DNA of 64,000 nucleotides from Vicinamibacterales bacterium (GCA_963663195.1 OY760136.1:4478765-4542764), one strand, 5' to 3'; shown: positions 22,308 to 34,065, counted from the first letter of the stretch. Notes: a model not told the origin generated them from the sequence alone. Numbers and translations: made by a program.

Positions 22308-22413
22308 CCGCACCTCCGGTCCGGCGGCAACCGCCGGACTAGCCTCGCGGCCCATGGCAAAAGGCCCCGCCGCAGCCGACAGGCCAGGCAGGACTCGACC
22401 ACGGGCCGCGAGA

Positions 22414-22941
22414 TCATAACAAAGTCCGCCCGGCCGGCCGGGCGCCGGCGGCGCCTGCGGAGGAGGGCCGGCGGCGGACGCGGGCCACGTACTCCCGGTA
22501 GTCTCCCGACGGAATCCGAACGGCGTCCACCAGCGGCTGCGCGTAGTAGTAGATCCAGGCGGTGCAGCGCTCTCCGCCCTCCAGGGCGACCGGCGCCGCC
22601 GCGCGCACGTACTCGCTGCGGGCGGGATCGTCCGGCAGGTAGCACTCCACGGCGTCCACGCGCGGCAGCAGCCGGCCGGGGTCCGTCACCGCGTACACCT
22701 CGCCGCGGACTGTCCCCTCCGCCCGCACGACCGCCGGATACGGTCCCAGGTCGTAGAGCGCGCCGCGCGCGGCGCCCGCCCCGACGAGGCGCAGCAGCGA
22801 GTCGATGCCCGTGCGGCGGCGCAGGTCGAACCCGCGCATCAATGTGCCGTAGAAGAGTATGTAGCCGGGATCGGGGTGCGCTACGACGCCGCGCGCGCCA
22901 GCCGGGTGCACCGCCGATCCCGGTGCGATGCGCGGTTTCAC
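22414..22941 (-). CDS. Gamma-glutamylcyclotransferase (AIG2-like) family protein
   Basis: FYGTLMRG, LYDLGPYPA, VRGEVY, DAVE, AWIY; start uncertain (GTG 22911 or 22941). Confidence 0.8.
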   Translation of the reverse strand: MKPRIAPGSAVHPAGARGVVAHPDPGYILFYGTLMRGFDLRRRTGIDSLLRLVGAGAARGALYDLGPYPAVVRAEGTVRGEVYAVTDPGRLLPRVDAVECYLPDDPARSEYVRAAAPVALEGGERCTAWIYYYAQPLVDAVRIPSGDYREYVARVRRRPSSAGAAGARPAGRTLL

Positions 22942-23056
22942 CACGGGTTGCCAGCCGATGGCTGTTGACAAACGGGGACGATGTCCGCAAAGAATGGAGC
23001 GTTCATGATGGAGGAGATTCTCGCGGAGTAGCATCCTGCCCGCAAGGAGGCATGAC

Positions 23057-24022
23057 ATGAGGCGTCTGAACAAGCGTATGTTGCAGTCGGCGGCGGTCGC
23101 GGCGGTCGTCACCGTGTTTGGCGTCGCGTCCCTCGCAGCGCAGGAGACGCCGCGCACGCCGTGGGGCGACCCCGACCTGCAGGGCGTCTGGACGAACCGG
23201 ACGACGACGCCGATCGAGCGGCCCGACGACTTCGAGGGCCAGGAGCGGCTCTCCGCCGAGCAGCGCGCCGACCTTGACGCGCAGGCCGCGGCGAACACCG
23301 ACCGCCCGCCGCCGCCAGGACGGACCGGGGCCTACAACAGCTTCTGGCTCGACCGCGGCCTGCGGAGCGACCGGACGTCGCTCATCGTCGATCCGCCCGA
23401 CGGCAGGTATCCCGCGAAGACCGACCGCGTGCGCGAGCGCGATGCGGCGTTCGCCGCCATGCGCGACGGCACGGATTTTGCCACCTGGGAGGACCTGAAC
23501 CTCTACGACCGCTGCATCACGCGCGGCATGCCCGGCGCCATGGTGCCCGGCTTCTACAACCACAATTACCAGATTCTGCAGACGCCCGACCACGTCGTGA
23601 TCCTCGTGGAGATGATCCACGACGCGCGGATCATCCCGTTGGACGGCCGCGCGCACCTGCCCTCGCAGCTCGGACTGTGGCTGGGCGACTCGCGCGCCCG
23701 CTGGGAGGGCGACACGCTCGTGGTCGAGACGACCAACCTGACCCCGAAGGGCGACGAACACGTGCGGAACCTCGTGCACGCGGCGAGCGCGGAGGCCCGC
23801 GTCGTTGAGCGGTTCACGCGCGTCGCCGACGACCGGATCGACTACAGCTTCACGCTGACCGACCCGGCCAGCTTCGCGGGCCCGTGGACCGCGGACATCC
23901 CCATGTTGCCGCTCGGCGGCGAAATCTTCGAGTACGCCTGTCACGAGGGCAACTACGGGCTGCCGAACATCCTGGCGGGCGCCCGCTCCGCGGAGCTGGA
24001 GCAAGCGGCCGGCTCGCGCTGA
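23057..24022 (+). CDS. Secreted uncharacterised protein, EYACHEGNY family paralog 1
   Basis: Signal peptide, PRTPWGDPDLQGVW, DRC, EMIH, WEGDTLVVET, EYACHEGNY; AAGGAGG RBS. Confidence 0.85.
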   Translation: MRRLNKRMLQSAAVAAVVTVFGVASLAAQETPRTPWGDPDLQGVWTNRTTTPIERPDDFEGQERLSAEQRADLDAQAAANTDRPPPPGRTGAYNSFWLDRGLRSDRTSLIVDPPDGRYPAKTDRVRERDAAFAAMRDGTDFATWEDLNLYDRCITRGMPGAMVPGFYNHNYQILQTPDHVVILVEMIHDARIIPLDGRAHLPSQLGLWLGDSRARWEGDTLVVETTNLTPKGDEHVRNLVHAASAEARVVERFTRVADDRIDYSFTLTDPASFAGPWTADIPMLPLGGEIFEYACHEGNYGLPNILAGARSAELEQAAGSR

Positions 24023-24072
24023 GCCGCCTCCCGTGCCGCGGCACGGAAGGCGCCGCGGACGCCGTGGGACTG

Positions 24073-24645
24073 CTACGCCTGGTGGCCCGCCAGGCCGAGG
24101 GCGGGGGCCTGCTCGCGCATGAAGCGGATCACGTTGGCGACGTGTTCCCCGAGCGGCAGTCCCAGCTCCTCCGCCCCGAGGCGGAGGTCGTCGCGGCTGA
24201 CGGCGCGTGCGAACGCCTTGTCCTTCATCCGCTTCAGGACCGAGCGCGCCTCCAGGTCAAGGATGCTCTTCGACGGCCGCACGAGCGCGGCCGCGGTCAC
24301 GAAACCGGCCATCTCGTCGCAGGCGAACAGCGTGTGCTCGACCGGCGCCTCGCGCGCGACGCCGGTATAGTCGGCGTGCGACAGGATCGCCCGGACGATC
24401 CACTCCGGATAGTCGAGCGAACGCAGGATTTCGCTGCCGCGGAACGGGTGATCGGCCAGGTCGGGCCAGCGCTCGTAGTCGAAGTCGTGGAGCAGACCGA
24501 CGATGCCCCACGCCTCTTCGTCGGCGTCCGCCATCCGCGCGTACCCGCGCATCGCCGCCTCGACGGCCAGCGCGTGCCGGCGCAGGCTCTCGCCGCGCGT
24601 GTATTCAGTCAGCAGCGTCCAGGCCTGCTCGCGGGTAAGCGCCAT
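24073..24645 (-). CDS. HD/HDIG-domain metal-dependent phosphohydrolase
   Basis: RRHALAVE, GLLHDFDYE, ILSHA, CDE. Confidence 0.85.
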   Translation of the reverse strand: MALTREQAWTLLTEYTRGESLRRHALAVEAAMRGYARMADADEEAWGIVGLLHDFDYERWPDLADHPFRGSEILRSLDYPEWIVRAILSHADYTGVAREAPVEHTLFACDEMAGFVTAAALVRPSKSILDLEARSVLKRMKDKAFARAVSRDDLRLGAEELGLPLGEHVANVIRFMREQAPALGLAGHQA

Positions 24646-25742
24646 TACTTCATCGGCAGGGCGGCGTCGGCGTTCAGGTCGAGTGCGCCCGTGCGGCCGG
24701 CGCGCAGGTTGCGTAAGCCGGCCGCGGCGATCATCGCCGCGTTGTCCGTGGCCAGCGGCAGGCTCGGCAGCAGCAGCGGCAGGCCCGCCGCGGCGCTGCG
24801 CGCGGCCGCGTCGGCGCGCAGCCGGCTGTTGGCCGAAACGCCGCCGGCAATGCCGATGCTGCGGGCGCCGAACCAGCGCGCGGCCTCGAACGTGCGGTCG
24901 AGCAGCGCCTCGACCACCACGCGCTGGAAGCTGGCGCAGATGCCCGCCACCTCGGCGCCCGGCAGCGCCTCGACGCCGAGCGCGGTCCGGCGCGCCGCCA
25001 CGTGCCGCTTGACGGCGGTCTTCAGGCCGCTGAAGCTGAACTCCGTGCGGCCGCCCAGCTTGCCCGGAAAGCCGGCGGGGCGGGCCAGTTCCGGCGCCGC
25101 GTTGCGGTCCGCGTGCGTAATCCGCGCGACCGGCAGCGCGACGGCGCGGTCGTCGGCGCCGCGCGCGACGCGGTCGATCACCGGGCCGCCCGGATACTCG
25201 AGGCCGAGCAGCTTCGCCACCTTGTCGAACGCCTCTCCGGCGGCGTCGTCGCGCGTCCGCCCGGCGAGCCGGTAGTCACCCTCCGCGGGTACGAAGTAGA
25301 GGCTCGTGTGGCCGCCCGAAACCACGAGCACCACCGCCGGCAGCGGCTGGGCGCCATTGTCGACCACCAGCGACTCGATATGCCCCGCCAGGTGATGGAC
25401 CGGGACCAGCGGCAAATCGAGGGCCGCGGCGGCCGACTTGGCGAACGCCACGCCGACCAGCAGGGATCCGACCAGCCCGGGGCCCTGCGTCACCGCGATG
25501 GCGTCGAGGTCGGACCATGCGGCTTCCGCCTCGTCCAATGCCCGCTCGACGACGCCGCAGATGTCGCGGACGTGCTGGCGCGACGCGAACTCCGGCACGA
25601 CGCCGCCCCACTCCCGGTGGATCTCGACCTGCGAAGCGATGACGTTCGACCGCATGCGCCAGGGGCGGGCCGCGTCGCCGGTCTCGGCAACGACCGCCGC
25701 CGCGGTCTCGTCGCACGACGTCTCGATGCCCAGGATGATCAC
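24645..25742 (-). CDS. tsaD: tRNA N6-adenosine threonylcarbamoyltransferase
   Basis: [58 protein letters not shown]; GTG start 25742. Confidence 0.95.
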   Translation of the reverse strand: MIILGIETSCDETAAAVVAETGDAARPWRMRSNVIASQVEIHREWGGVVPEFASRQHVRDICGVVERALDEAEAAWSDLDAIAVTQGPGLVGSLLVGVAFAKSAAAALDLPLVPVHHLAGHIESLVVDNGAQPLPAVVLVVSGGHTSLYFVPAEGDYRLAGRTRDDAAGEAFDKVAKLLGLEYPGGPVIDRVARGADDRAVALPVARITHADRNAAPELARPAGFPGKLGGRTEFSFSGLKTAVKRHVAARRTALGVEALPGAEVAGICASFQRVVVEALLDRTFEAARWFGARSIGIAGGVSANSRLRADAAARSAAAGLPLLLPSLPLATDNAAMIAAAGLRNLRAGRTGALDLNADAALPMK

Positions 25743-26803
25743 CGCTCCGCTCCGTCCCCGTCTTGCGCGCACGCGGCCGGCAGGCTCTCGGCATACGGCG
25801 GGCGGCAGATGCCGTGCTCCGTGATGATGCCCGCTATCAGGGCGTGCGGCGTGACGTCGAACGCCGGGTTCCAGACGCCGGCGCCGTCCGGCACCATCCG
25901 CTTCGCGCCGATGTGCGTCAATTCGCGCTCGCCGCGCTCCTCGATGGGAATGCCGTCGCCGCTGGCCACCGACAGGTCGATCGTCGACACGGGCGCCGCC
26001 ACGTAGAACGGCACGTCGTGCTCGCGCGCCAGCACGGCGACCGTATAGGTGCCGATCTTGTTCGCCACGTCGCCGTTGGCGGCAATCCGGTCCGCGCCGA
26101 CGACCACCACGTCGACGCGCTTCTCCCGCAGCAGCGGCCCGGCCATGCCGTCGGCGATCACGGTCGTGTCGATGCCGTCGCGCAGCAGCTCCCACGCCGT
26201 CAGCCGGGCGCCCTGGAGGAACGGCCGCGTCTCGTCGGCGAACACCGCCACCTGCTTGCCGTGCTCCACCGCCGCGCGGATCACCCCGAGCGCGGTGCCG
26301 TAGCCGCCCGTGGCCAGCGCCCCGGCATTGCAGTGGGTCAGCACGCGGCCGGCATCCGGCACGACCGCCGCGCCGTGCGCGCCGATCGCCCGGCAACCCG
26401 CGACGTCCTCGTCATGGATCCGCCGGGCCGCCGCGACGAGCACGTCCGCAATCTCCGCCGGCGACCGTCCCGCGCGCGCCGCCTCGCTGAAGGCCGCCTT
26501 CATCCGGTCGATCGCCCAGAACAGGTTGACGGCGGTCGGGCGCGATGCCGCCATCAGCTCGCACAACCCGTGAAACTCCGCCGCGAGCTTGACCGCGCCG
26601 CGGGCCCGGCTGCGCCTGACGCCGAGCGCCAGCCCCATCGCCGCCGCAACGCCGATGGCCGGCGCGCCGCGGATCACCATGTTGCGGATCGCGCGCGCCA
26701 CGTCGCGGGCGCTGCGGCATTCGACGTACGTCTCCTGCTCCGGCAGCTTGCGCTGATCGACCATCACGACGGTGTCGTCGCGCCACTCGATGGTGGGCAG
26801 CAT
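25739..26803 (-). CDS. mtnA: S-methyl-5-thioribose-1-phosphate isomerase
   Basis: [63 protein letters not shown]. Confidence 0.94.
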   Translation of the reverse strand: MLPTIEWRDDTVVMVDQRKLPEQETYVECRSARDVARAIRNMVIRGAPAIGVAAAMGLALGVRRSRARGAVKLAAEFHGLCELMAASRPTAVNLFWAIDRMKAAFSEAARAGRSPAEIADVLVAAARRIHDEDVAGCRAIGAHGAAVVPDAGRVLTHCNAGALATGGYGTALGVIRAAVEHGKQVAVFADETRPFLQGARLTAWELLRDGIDTTVIADGMAGPLLREKRVDVVVVGADRIAANGDVANKIGTYTVAVLAREHDVPFYVAAPVSTIDLSVASGDGIPIEERGERELTHIGAKRMVPDGAGVWNPAFDVTPHALIAGIITEHGICRPPYAESLPAACAQDGDGAER

Positions 26804-26850
26804 GCCGCAGATCATACCCGCGCGCCGGAGCCCGCGGCGCAACGGGAGCC

Positions 26851-28200
26851 TCAAATGAGCAAGGCCGCGATGGCGGCGTTGATGAGCGTGGCGGTGAAGC
26901 CGCCGAGCAGCGCCCGCAGGCTGAGCCCCGCCAGCTCGGCGCGGCGCTCCGGGGCAATCGCCCCGATGCCGCCCAGCAGGATGCCGATGGAGCCGACGTT
27001 GGCGAAGCCGGTCAGGGCGAAGGTGGCCAGCATGCGCGAGCGCTCGCTCAGCACCCCTTCGTACTCCTGCGCCAGCTTGACGTAGGCCACGAACTCGTTG
27101 GCGACCAGCTTCGTGCCGAGCAGGTCGGCCAGCGCCGGCACGTCCGCCGCCGCCACGCCGACCAGGGCGGCGACCGGGGTGAAGACCACGGCGCCGATGC
27201 GCGCCAGCGACAGGCCGGGGTGGATCAGGCCGAGGCCGAAGTCGACCATGGCAATCAGCGCCAGGAACGCAATCAGCATCGCCGCAATGTTGAGGGCGAC
27301 CCGCATCCCGTCGATCGCGCCGCCGGCCGCCGCGTCGATGATGTTCGCGTGGCCGCCGCGCCGGGCGACCACCGCGACGCCGGCCGTGGCGGACTGCGCC
27401 GTCTCCGGCAGCAGGATCTTCGCCACGTACAGGCTGCAGGGCGCCGCCATCACGCTTGTGGCGAGCAGCGCCACCGGGTCGGCGCCGAGGGTGAGATAGA
27501 CGCCCAGCACGCTGCCGGCGATGGTCGCCAGCCCGCCCGTCATCAGCGTCAGCAGCTCCGAGCGCGTCATGCCGGCGACGTACGGCTTGACGACGAGCGG
27601 CGCCTCGGTCTGGCCGATGAACACGTTCGCCGCCACCGACAGCGTCTCCGCGCCGCTCGTACGCATCAGCGGCATCATCAGCCGCGCCATCAGCGCCACC
27701 ACGTACTGCAGCACCCCCAGGTGGTACAGCACGGCGGAGAGCGCCGAGGCGAATATGACGATGGGGAGGCCGGTAAAGGCGAAGATCAGACCGTCGGGAA
27801 ATACCCTGCCCAGCGCTTCCGGATCGGCGAGCACGCCGAAGACGAGCCGCGTGCCGGCATCGGTGAAGCTGAACATCCGCGTCGCGGCCGCCGCCAGCCC
27901 CGAGAACAGCTCGAATCCGGGCCGCACACCACCTATCTCCAGCCGCAGAATCAGCACCGCCAGCACCAGCTGCAGGCCGATCCCCCAGCCGACCGTCCGC
28001 CAGCGGATGGCGCGGATGTCCGCGGAGCAGGCAACCAGGGCGGCAATGAAGCAGACCACGCCGATCAGCGCGCGCACGCGGCCGGGCAGCGTGTCCTGCA
28101 GCAGCAGCACGACCAGCGCCCCCAGCAGCGCCCCGCCGCCCAGCAGCAGGCGCAGGCGGAGGGCGTCGGACGGGGCCGATTCGGGGGCGTCCGTGCGCAT
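26851..28200 (-). CDS. Concentrative nucleoside transporter (CNT/NupC family)
   Basis: [39 protein letters not shown]; many TM helices. Confidence 0.9.
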   Translation of the reverse strand: MRTDAPESAPSDALRLRLLLGGGALLGALVVLLLQDTLPGRVRALIGVVCFIAALVACSADIRAIRWRTVGWGIGLQLVLAVLILRLEIGGVRPGFELFSGLAAAATRMFSFTDAGTRLVFGVLADPEALGRVFPDGLIFAFTGLPIVIFASALSAVLYHLGVLQYVVALMARLMMPLMRTSGAETLSVAANVFIGQTEAPLVVKPYVAGMTRSELLTLMTGGLATIAGSVLGVYLTLGADPVALLATSVMAAPCSLYVAKILLPETAQSATAGVAVVARRGGHANIIDAAAGGAIDGMRVALNIAAMLIAFLALIAMVDFGLGLIHPGLSLARIGAVVFTPVAALVGVAAADVPALADLLGTKLVANEFVAYVKLAQEYEGVLSERSRMLATFALTGFANVGSIGILLGGIGAIAPERRAELAGLSLRALLGGFTATLINAAIAALLI

Positions 28201-28227
28201 CGGGCCGCTCACGGTATACTGCCGCCG

Positions 28228-30909
28228 ATGCACCGTCAAGGTCTCCGCATGCTCCCGGCGCTGGCGCTGCTGACAGCCTTGCTGGCGCTGCCCGCAGCTG
28301 CGCAGCAGGCGCCGGCCATTCCGACACCGGAGGAATTCTTCGGCTTTCCGATGGGCGCGGACCGCCAGCTGGCCCACTGGGACGACATGGTCGATTACTT
28401 CAACCTGGTTGGAGAACGGTCGGATCGCGTCCGGGTCCGCGAGCTGGGCAAGACCACGCTAGGGCATCCGTATCTGCTGGCCGTCGTCTCGACGCCCGAA
28501 ACCATCGGAGACCTGCCGCGCTACCAGGCCATGCAGCGGGAGCTGGCCGACCCGCGCGCCACGCCCCCCGCGCGGGCGGACGAGATCGCCCGGACCGGCA
28601 AGACCGTGGTGCTGATCGGCGCGAACGTCCACGCCACCGAGATCGGCACGAATCAGGCGATGAACGACCTGATCCACCGGCTCGCCACGGAGCAGTCCGC
28701 CTGGATGGACCACCTGCTCGAGCACGCCATCGTGCTGCTCATCCCGTCCCAGAACCCGGACGGCCAGCGGATGGTGGTCGAATGGTACCGGCGCAACCTC
28801 GGGACCGCCTACGAGGGCTCGCCGCTGCCGGACCTGTACCACAAGTACGCCGGCCACGATAACAACCGAGACAGCTACATGCTGACCCAGGTGGAGACGC
28901 GCTATCTCAACCAGGTGCTGTACCAGGAATGGCTGCCCGAGGTATACCTGGACACCCACCAGATGGGCAACCGCAACGCGCGCATCTTCGTGCCGCCGTT
29001 CAAGAACCCGCCCAACCCCAACGTCGACCCGCTCATCTGGACGCAGGTGAACCAGTTCGGGCAGGCCATGGCGAGCAAGCTGCACGAAGCGGACAAGCCG
29101 GGCGTCATCTGGGGCGAGCTCTACAGCGGATTCTGGCAGGGGGCGAACAACACCAACCCGTGGTGGCACAACATGGTGGGCCTGCTGACCGAGGTCGCCA
29201 GCGCCGAGCTCGGCACGCCGGTGCGCCAGCAGCGCGTCGCGCCGTACCGCCGGCTGCGGGTCCGTCGCGGCGAGTCGCTCGGGCCCCGCCGCGGGCTCGG
29301 CCTGCCGCTGGCGCCGCCGCGCGACACGCAGGCGCGGATGAATTACCCGCGTCCGTGGCACGGAGGGCTCTGGACGCCCGCCGACGTGGTCGAGTACCAC
29401 GCCCTGTCGATGGAGGGGCTGCTCGAGAGCGCGGCCAACAACCGGACGACGCTCAAGCGCAACTTCTACACGATGAACCGGCGCGCCATCGAGCGCTTCG
29501 CCGACGGCGGCCCGTACGCATTCGTGGTCCCGGCCGGGCAGCGCGACCCGGCCGCGGTCGCCCGGCTCGTCCAGCTGCTGCAGGCGGAAGCGGCCGAAGT
29601 GGATGTAGCCGAGAGCGCGTTCGTGGCCGACGGATCGGTGCATCCGGCCGGTTCGTACGTCGTGCGTCTCGCGCAACCGTTCGGCCGCTGGGTAAAGGAC
29701 ATCCTCGAGCCGCAGCAGTACCCGGACATCCGCTGGCCGCATCCGAATGCGCCGATCGACAAGCCCTACGACGTGACCGCGTGGTCACTGGGGATGCTGC
29801 TGGGCGTCGAGACGGTGCAGGTGGAGCGTCCGTTCGAAACCGATCTGCGACCGCTGGCCGGTCCGGCGGCGATCCCGGCCGGGCGCGTCGCCGGCGAGGG
29901 CGGCACCTACCTGATCTCCCACGATACCAACCGCAGCTTCACGGCGCTGAACCGGCTGCTGGCGGCCGGCGCATCCGTCAGTTGGGCGACGGAAGAAATC
30001 GAGCTCGGATCGAACGGTCGCTACGGGCGCGGGGCGATGTTGATTGGCGACACCGACCGGGCCGTGCTGGAGGAAGTGGCCGCCGACCTTCGCCTCGAGG
30101 TGGTGGCTGCGGATCTGCCGGACGATCTGCCGCGGCTGTCCATCCACGCGCCGCGCCTGGCGCTGTACGAGCCGTGGGGCGGCAACATGGACGCCGGCTG
30201 GACCCGCTGGGTGCTCGACCAGCACGAATTTCCCTACACGCACGTCCGCGGCGCCGACCTGCGGTCGGGCGATCTGCACGAGCGGTTCGACGTCATCGTC
30301 CTGCCGGAAATGAACTCCATCCGCTTGATTCAGGGCCTTCGGGCGCCCAACGTGCGTCCCGAGTACCGCGACGGCATCGGCGCACCGGGCATCCACAATC
30401 TGCTGCGCTTCGTGGAGGAGGGCGGCACCCTGATCACGCTGGGCAACACGGCCGCGTTCGCCATCGAGCACCTGGGCGTGCCGCTGGTCAACGTCGTCCG
30501 GGGACAATCCGAGGAGGCGTTCTACTGCCCGGGCTCGCTGCTGCGGATAACCGTCGATCCGACCCATCCAATCGGATTCGGCATGCCGCGCGAGGCGGAC
30601 GCCATGTTCGTCGCCAACGGCGGCTACCGCCGGGCGCGCACCCGCAGCACGTCCGAAGTGCGCGCCATCGCCCGCTATCCGGACGCGCCGCTGCTGCGCA
30701 GCGGCTGGCTCGTCGGCGAGGAGCGCCTGCGCGGGACCGGAGCAGTCATGGAAGTGTCTTCCGGCAAGGGGCGGGTCATCCTGCACACATTCCGCGTGCA
30801 GCACCGCGGACAGACCGAGGGCACCTTCCGGCTGCTGTTCAACTCGATATTCTACGGGCCGGCAACCAGCGGCCTGAACGCGGCTACCACCACGCTCGAC
30901 GCGCACTAG
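28228..30909 (+). CDS. Secreted M14 zinc carboxypeptidase-family protein with C-terminal amidotransferase-like domain
   Basis: Signal peptide; HATE (HxxE), NPDG, DNNRD, DTHQMG, LTEV; FVEEGGTL. Confidence 0.85.
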   Translation: MHRQGLRMLPALALLTALLALPAAAQQAPAIPTPEEFFGFPMGADRQLAHWDDMVDYFNLVGERSDRVRVRELGKTTLGHPYLLAVVSTPETIGDLPRYQAMQRELADPRATPPARADEIARTGKTVVLIGANVHATEIGTNQAMNDLIHRLATEQSAWMDHLLEHAIVLLIPSQNPDGQRMVVEWYRRNLGTAYEGSPLPDLYHKYAGHDNNRDSYMLTQVETRYLNQVLYQEWLPEVYLDTHQMGNRNARIFVPPFKNPPNPNVDPLIWTQVNQFGQAMASKLHEADKPGVIWGELYSGFWQGANNTNPWWHNMVGLLTEVASAELGTPVRQQRVAPYRRLRVRRGESLGPRRGLGLPLAPPRDTQARMNYPRPWHGGLWTPADVVEYHALSMEGLLESAANNRTTLKRNFYTMNRRAIERFADGGPYAFVVPAGQRDPAAVARLVQLLQAEAAEVDVAESAFVADGSVHPAGSYVVRLAQPFGRWVKDILEPQQYPDIRWPHPNAPIDKPYDVTAWSLGMLLGVETVQVERPFETDLRPLAGPAAIPAGRVAGEGGTYLISHDTNRSFTALNRLLAAGASVSWATEEIELGSNGRYGRGAMLIGDTDRAVLEEVAADLRLEVVAADLPDDLPRLSIHAPRLALYEPWGGNMDAGWTRWVLDQHEFPYTHVRGADLRSGDLHERFDVIVLPEMNSIRLIQGLRAPNVRPEYRDGIGAPGIHNLLRFVEEGGTLITLGNTAAFAIEHLGVPLVNVVRGQSEEAFYCPGSLLRITVDPTHPIGFGMPREADAMFVANGGYRRARTRSTSEVRAIARYPDAPLLRSGWLVGEERLRGTGAVMEVSSGKGRVILHTFRVQHRGQTEGTFRLLFNSIFYGPATSGLNAATTTLDAH

Positions 30910-30924
30910 CCGCGGCTCGCGCGC

Positions 30925-31245
30925 GTGACTGAAAGCCGATTCCAGCGGCGGGTGCTGGCGATGGTCCGGCGCATTCCGTCCGGGCAGGTCGCGACGTACG
31001 GAGACATCGCGGCGCTCGCGGGCCGGCCGGCCGCCTGCCGCGCCGTCGGCAACATCATGCGGCGCTGCCGGCAGCCCGGCGTGCCGTGCCACCGCGTGGT
31101 CGCTGCGGGCGGGCGGCTCGGCGGCTACGGCGAGCCGCTGGCCAAGCAGGCGCTGCTCGCGGCCGAGGGCGTGCGGGTGAGCGGCAGCCGCTTGCGGGGA
31201 TTCGCGGCGATCCGCTGGCAGCCGGACGCCGGCCAGGCGGGCTAG
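30925..31245 (+). CDS. MGMT-family DNA alkyltransferase (short, C-terminal domain only)
   Basis: IPSGQVATYGDIA, RAVG, PCHRVV with catalytic Cys retained. Confidence 0.88.
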   Translation: MTESRFQRRVLAMVRRIPSGQVATYGDIAALAGRPAACRAVGNIMRRCRQPGVPCHRVVAAGGRLGGYGEPLAKQALLAAEGVRVSGSRLRGFAAIRWQPDAGQAG

Positions 31246-32780
31246 CGTTTCGGCAGCGTCATCACGTCGAACTGCTCGTGGTGCAGTTGGGCGTCGGCCT
31301 TGATCGTGACACGCCGGCCGAGGATCTGCTCCACGTCGCGGAGTACGCCGCGCTCCTCTTTCTCGAGCGCGCGCGCGATGTCCGGGTTGACCCGCAGCAG
31401 CACGCGGTGGCCGTTCAGCTCACCGCCCAGCTTGCGCATCTCCGACAGGATGTCGAAGCAAATCGTCGGGGTCGCCTTGATCACGGCGCTGCCGGAACAG
31501 TACGGACACGGCTCGGTGAGCTGGCGCTCGAGGCTCTGCTTGGCCCGCTTGCGCGTCACGACGATCAAGCCGAACTCCGAGACCTGCACCGCCTTGGACG
31601 GCGACCGATCCTTGCGCAGCTCCTGCTCCAGCAGCTGGTGGACCCGCAGGCGGTTCTTGCGCTCCTCCATGTCGATGAAGTCGAGCACAATGATGCCGCC
31701 GAGATCGCGCAGGCGGATCTGCCGCACGATCTCCTTGGCCGCCTCGAGGTTGGTCTTGACGATCGTGTCCTCCAGCCGGCCCGTCCGCTTGCCGACGTAG
31801 CGGCCGGTGTTCACGTCGATCGCCACGAGCGCCTCGGTGTGGTTGACGACGATGTAGCCGCCGGACTTGAGCCACACCTTGCTCCGCAACGCCTTGTCGA
31901 GCTCCGCCTGGACGCCGTACTCCTCCAGAATCGGGAATTCCTTCTTGTAACGCTGCGTCTTGGGCACCAGGCCCGGTATGACGCGCTCGATGAACCGCAG
32001 CGAACGCGCGTATTCCTGCTCGTCGTCGATGCGGATAGCCTGGAAGTCATCGGTCAGGTAGTCGCGCAGCAGCTTCGCGGCCAGGTTCTCCTCGCGGTGG
32101 ATGATTGCCGGCGCGCGCGCCTTCTCCATCTTTTCCCGCGCGTCGGTCCAGAGCTGGTGGAAGTACGACAGGTCGGCGACGATGTCCTCCTCGGGACGGC
32201 CGCCCGCCGCCGTGCGCAGCACGATGCCGCCGGTGAAACCGTGCTCCTCGCGGAAGCGCTTCACGATGCCGCGCAGCCGACCGCGCTCGTTGCGGGCGTC
32301 GATCTTGCGCGACACGCCGATATGGTCGATGGTCGGCATGAACACGAGGAAGCGCCCCGGAATGGCCACGTGCGACGTGATCCGCGCGCCCTTCGTACCG
32401 AGCGGGTCCTTGACGACCTGGACGAGAATCTCCTGTCCCGCCTCGAGCAGCTGCTCGATCTTGTCGGTCTTGTCGCTTCTGGCGTTGGTCGAGGCCCGCT
32501 GCGGCTGGTCGTCTTCCGCGTCACCCGTGTCGAGCCGCTCGAACTGCTCGTCCGTATCGACCACGTCCGACACGTACAGAAAGGCGTCGCGCTCGAGCCC
32601 GATGTCGACGAAGGCGCACTGCATGCCCGGCAGCACCTTCGAGACCCGGCCCTTGTAGATGTTACCTACCGAGCCGCGCTGGCTGTTGCGCTCGATGAAT
32701 ATCTCGGCAACCTGGTCGTCCTCGATGATCGCGGCCATCGTCTCGTGGCGCGACGAGGAGATGATCAACTCCTTGTTCAT
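31242..32780 (-). CDS. rng: Rne/Rng family endoribonuclease (RNase G size)
   Basis: GNIYKGRVSKVLPGMQCAFVDIG S1 domain, IDVNTG, LRDLGGIIVLDFIDM, CPYC. Confidence 0.9.
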   Translation of the reverse strand: MNKELIISSSRHETMAAIIEDDQVAEIFIERNSQRGSVGNIYKGRVSKVLPGMQCAFVDIGLERDAFLYVSDVVDTDEQFERLDTGDAEDDQPQRASTNARSDKTDKIEQLLEAGQEILVQVVKDPLGTKGARITSHVAIPGRFLVFMPTIDHIGVSRKIDARNERGRLRGIVKRFREEHGFTGGIVLRTAAGGRPEEDIVADLSYFHQLWTDAREKMEKARAPAIIHREENLAAKLLRDYLTDDFQAIRIDDEQEYARSLRFIERVIPGLVPKTQRYKKEFPILEEYGVQAELDKALRSKVWLKSGGYIVVNHTEALVAIDVNTGRYVGKRTGRLEDTIVKTNLEAAKEIVRQIRLRDLGGIIVLDFIDMEERKNRLRVHQLLEQELRKDRSPSKAVQVSEFGLIVVTRKRAKQSLERQLTEPCPYCSGSAVIKATPTICFDILSEMRKLGGELNGHRVLLRVNPDIARALEKEERGVLRDVEQILGRRVTIKADAQLHHEQFDVMTLPKR

Positions 32781-32964
32781 TCGTATAAGTCTCCGTGGGA
32801 CCGGTCGCAGGAGCGCGCCGGACGTCCGGCGTCCGCGGCGGCGGCGCGGCGGCGGACTGCCACAGGGCAGCCCCCCGCGTTCGCGCGGCCAGCGCAGCGG
32901 CACTCGACGTCATTCGCGCACCTTCAATCCCGGTCACCGATATCTCCGTCCCCAGCGGGGGCGG

Positions 32965-34065
32965 TCAGTTTGTAAAGCGACGCATCCTGACGTTCAGGAT
33001 GAGTCCGAATCCAATCAGCGTCGCGATGATCGACGACCCGCCGTAACTCATCAACGGGAGTGGCAACCCCTTGACGGGCGCCAGGCCGGCCGACATCGTG
33101 ATGTTGTATATCACCTGAAACGCGAAGCCGGTCGTGATCCCCACGACCAGCAGCATGCCCATCCGATCCGCCGCGACGCGGGCGGCATCGAACGATCGCA
33201 TGATGATGAACAGATAGAGGCCGAGCGCCACGAGCACGCCGAGGAAGCCATGCTCCTCGGCCAGCACCGAGAAGATGAAGTCGCTGTGCGCGGCCGGCAG
33301 GAAGTTGTACTGGCTCTGCGTCCCCTGCAGGAATCCCTTGCCGCCGAGCCCGCCCGAACCGACGGTGATGCGCGCCTGGATCTGCTGGTAGCCGGCGCCG
33401 CGGGGATCCTGCTCCGGATTGGCGAATGTGGATAGCCGCTCGCGCTGGTAGTCTTCCAGCGCGTACGTCCACACGATCGGAGTGGACAGTATGCCCACCA
33501 CGCCCAGCACCATCAGGAACTTCAGGCGCAACCCCGCGAACGCCATGACGGCGAGGCAGACCGGCAGCAGGGTGACCGCCGTTCCCAGATCCGGCTGGCG
33601 CACGATCAGCAGGAACGGCCCGGCCAGGATCAATCCGCCAGCCAGCCAGCCTACCCTGCGCCACTGCTTGTTCCAGGCCCTCGCGTACAGCGCCGCCAGC
33701 GCCAGCGACAGCACCGCGCGCGCGAATTCCGACACCTGGAGATTGAATGGACCGACCTCGATCCAGCGCTGGCCGCCGCCGCGCGATATGCCGAACAGCG
33801 CCGTATAGACCAGCATCGCGAGCAGCCCGACGTAAATGGCCGTGACGCGCCCGGCACGCAGGCGGTAGTCGACGCCCAGGCAGCACATCATGGCGACCAG
33901 GCCGATCCCCAGCGCCACGAGCTGGCGGAACAGCTGCGGCCCCACACGACCGGTTGTCGGCTCGTAGGTGGTGCTGTAGATCATCACCAGCCCGATCATG
34001 CTGGTGGTGAGAATGGCAGTGACCAGCCACCAGTCGATGTGGGCGTAGAGGCGTCGGTCAAGCAC
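32965..34065 (-). CDS. rodA: Rod shape-determining peptidoglycan glycosyltransferase RodA
   Basis: QPDLGT, GYQQIQ, HSDFIF, PLMSYGGSS; follows mrdA. Confidence 0.93.
   Translation of the reverse strand: MLDRRLYAHIDWWLVTAILTTSMIGLVMIYSTTYEPTTGRVGPQLFRQLVALGIGLVAMMCCLGVDYRLRAGRVTAIYVGLLAMLVYTALFGISRGGGQRWIEVGPFNLQVSEFARAVLSLALAALYARAWNKQWRRVGWLAGGLILAGPFLLIVRQPDLGTAVTLLPVCLAVMAFAGLRLKFLMVLGVVGILSTPIVWTYALEDYQRERLSTFANPEQDPRGAGYQQIQARITVGSGGLGGKGFLQGTQSQYNFLPAAHSDFIFSVLAEEHGFLGVLVALGLYLFIIMRSFDAARVAADRMGMLLVVGITTGFAFQVIYNITMSAGLAPVKGLPLPLMSYGGSSIIATLIGFGLILNVRMRRFTN

Noticed and set aside
23057-24022. ACH in EYACHEGNY as a heme c site
   Set aside because: No CxxCH; only one Cys is in the motif
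27220-28227. N-terminal extension of the 1229 aa ORF, and similar extensions on mtnA, tsaD, folE, the sigma factor and PQQ 61311
   Set aside because: They overlap neighbouring real genes; signal peptides or family N-termini begin at the downstream starts chosen
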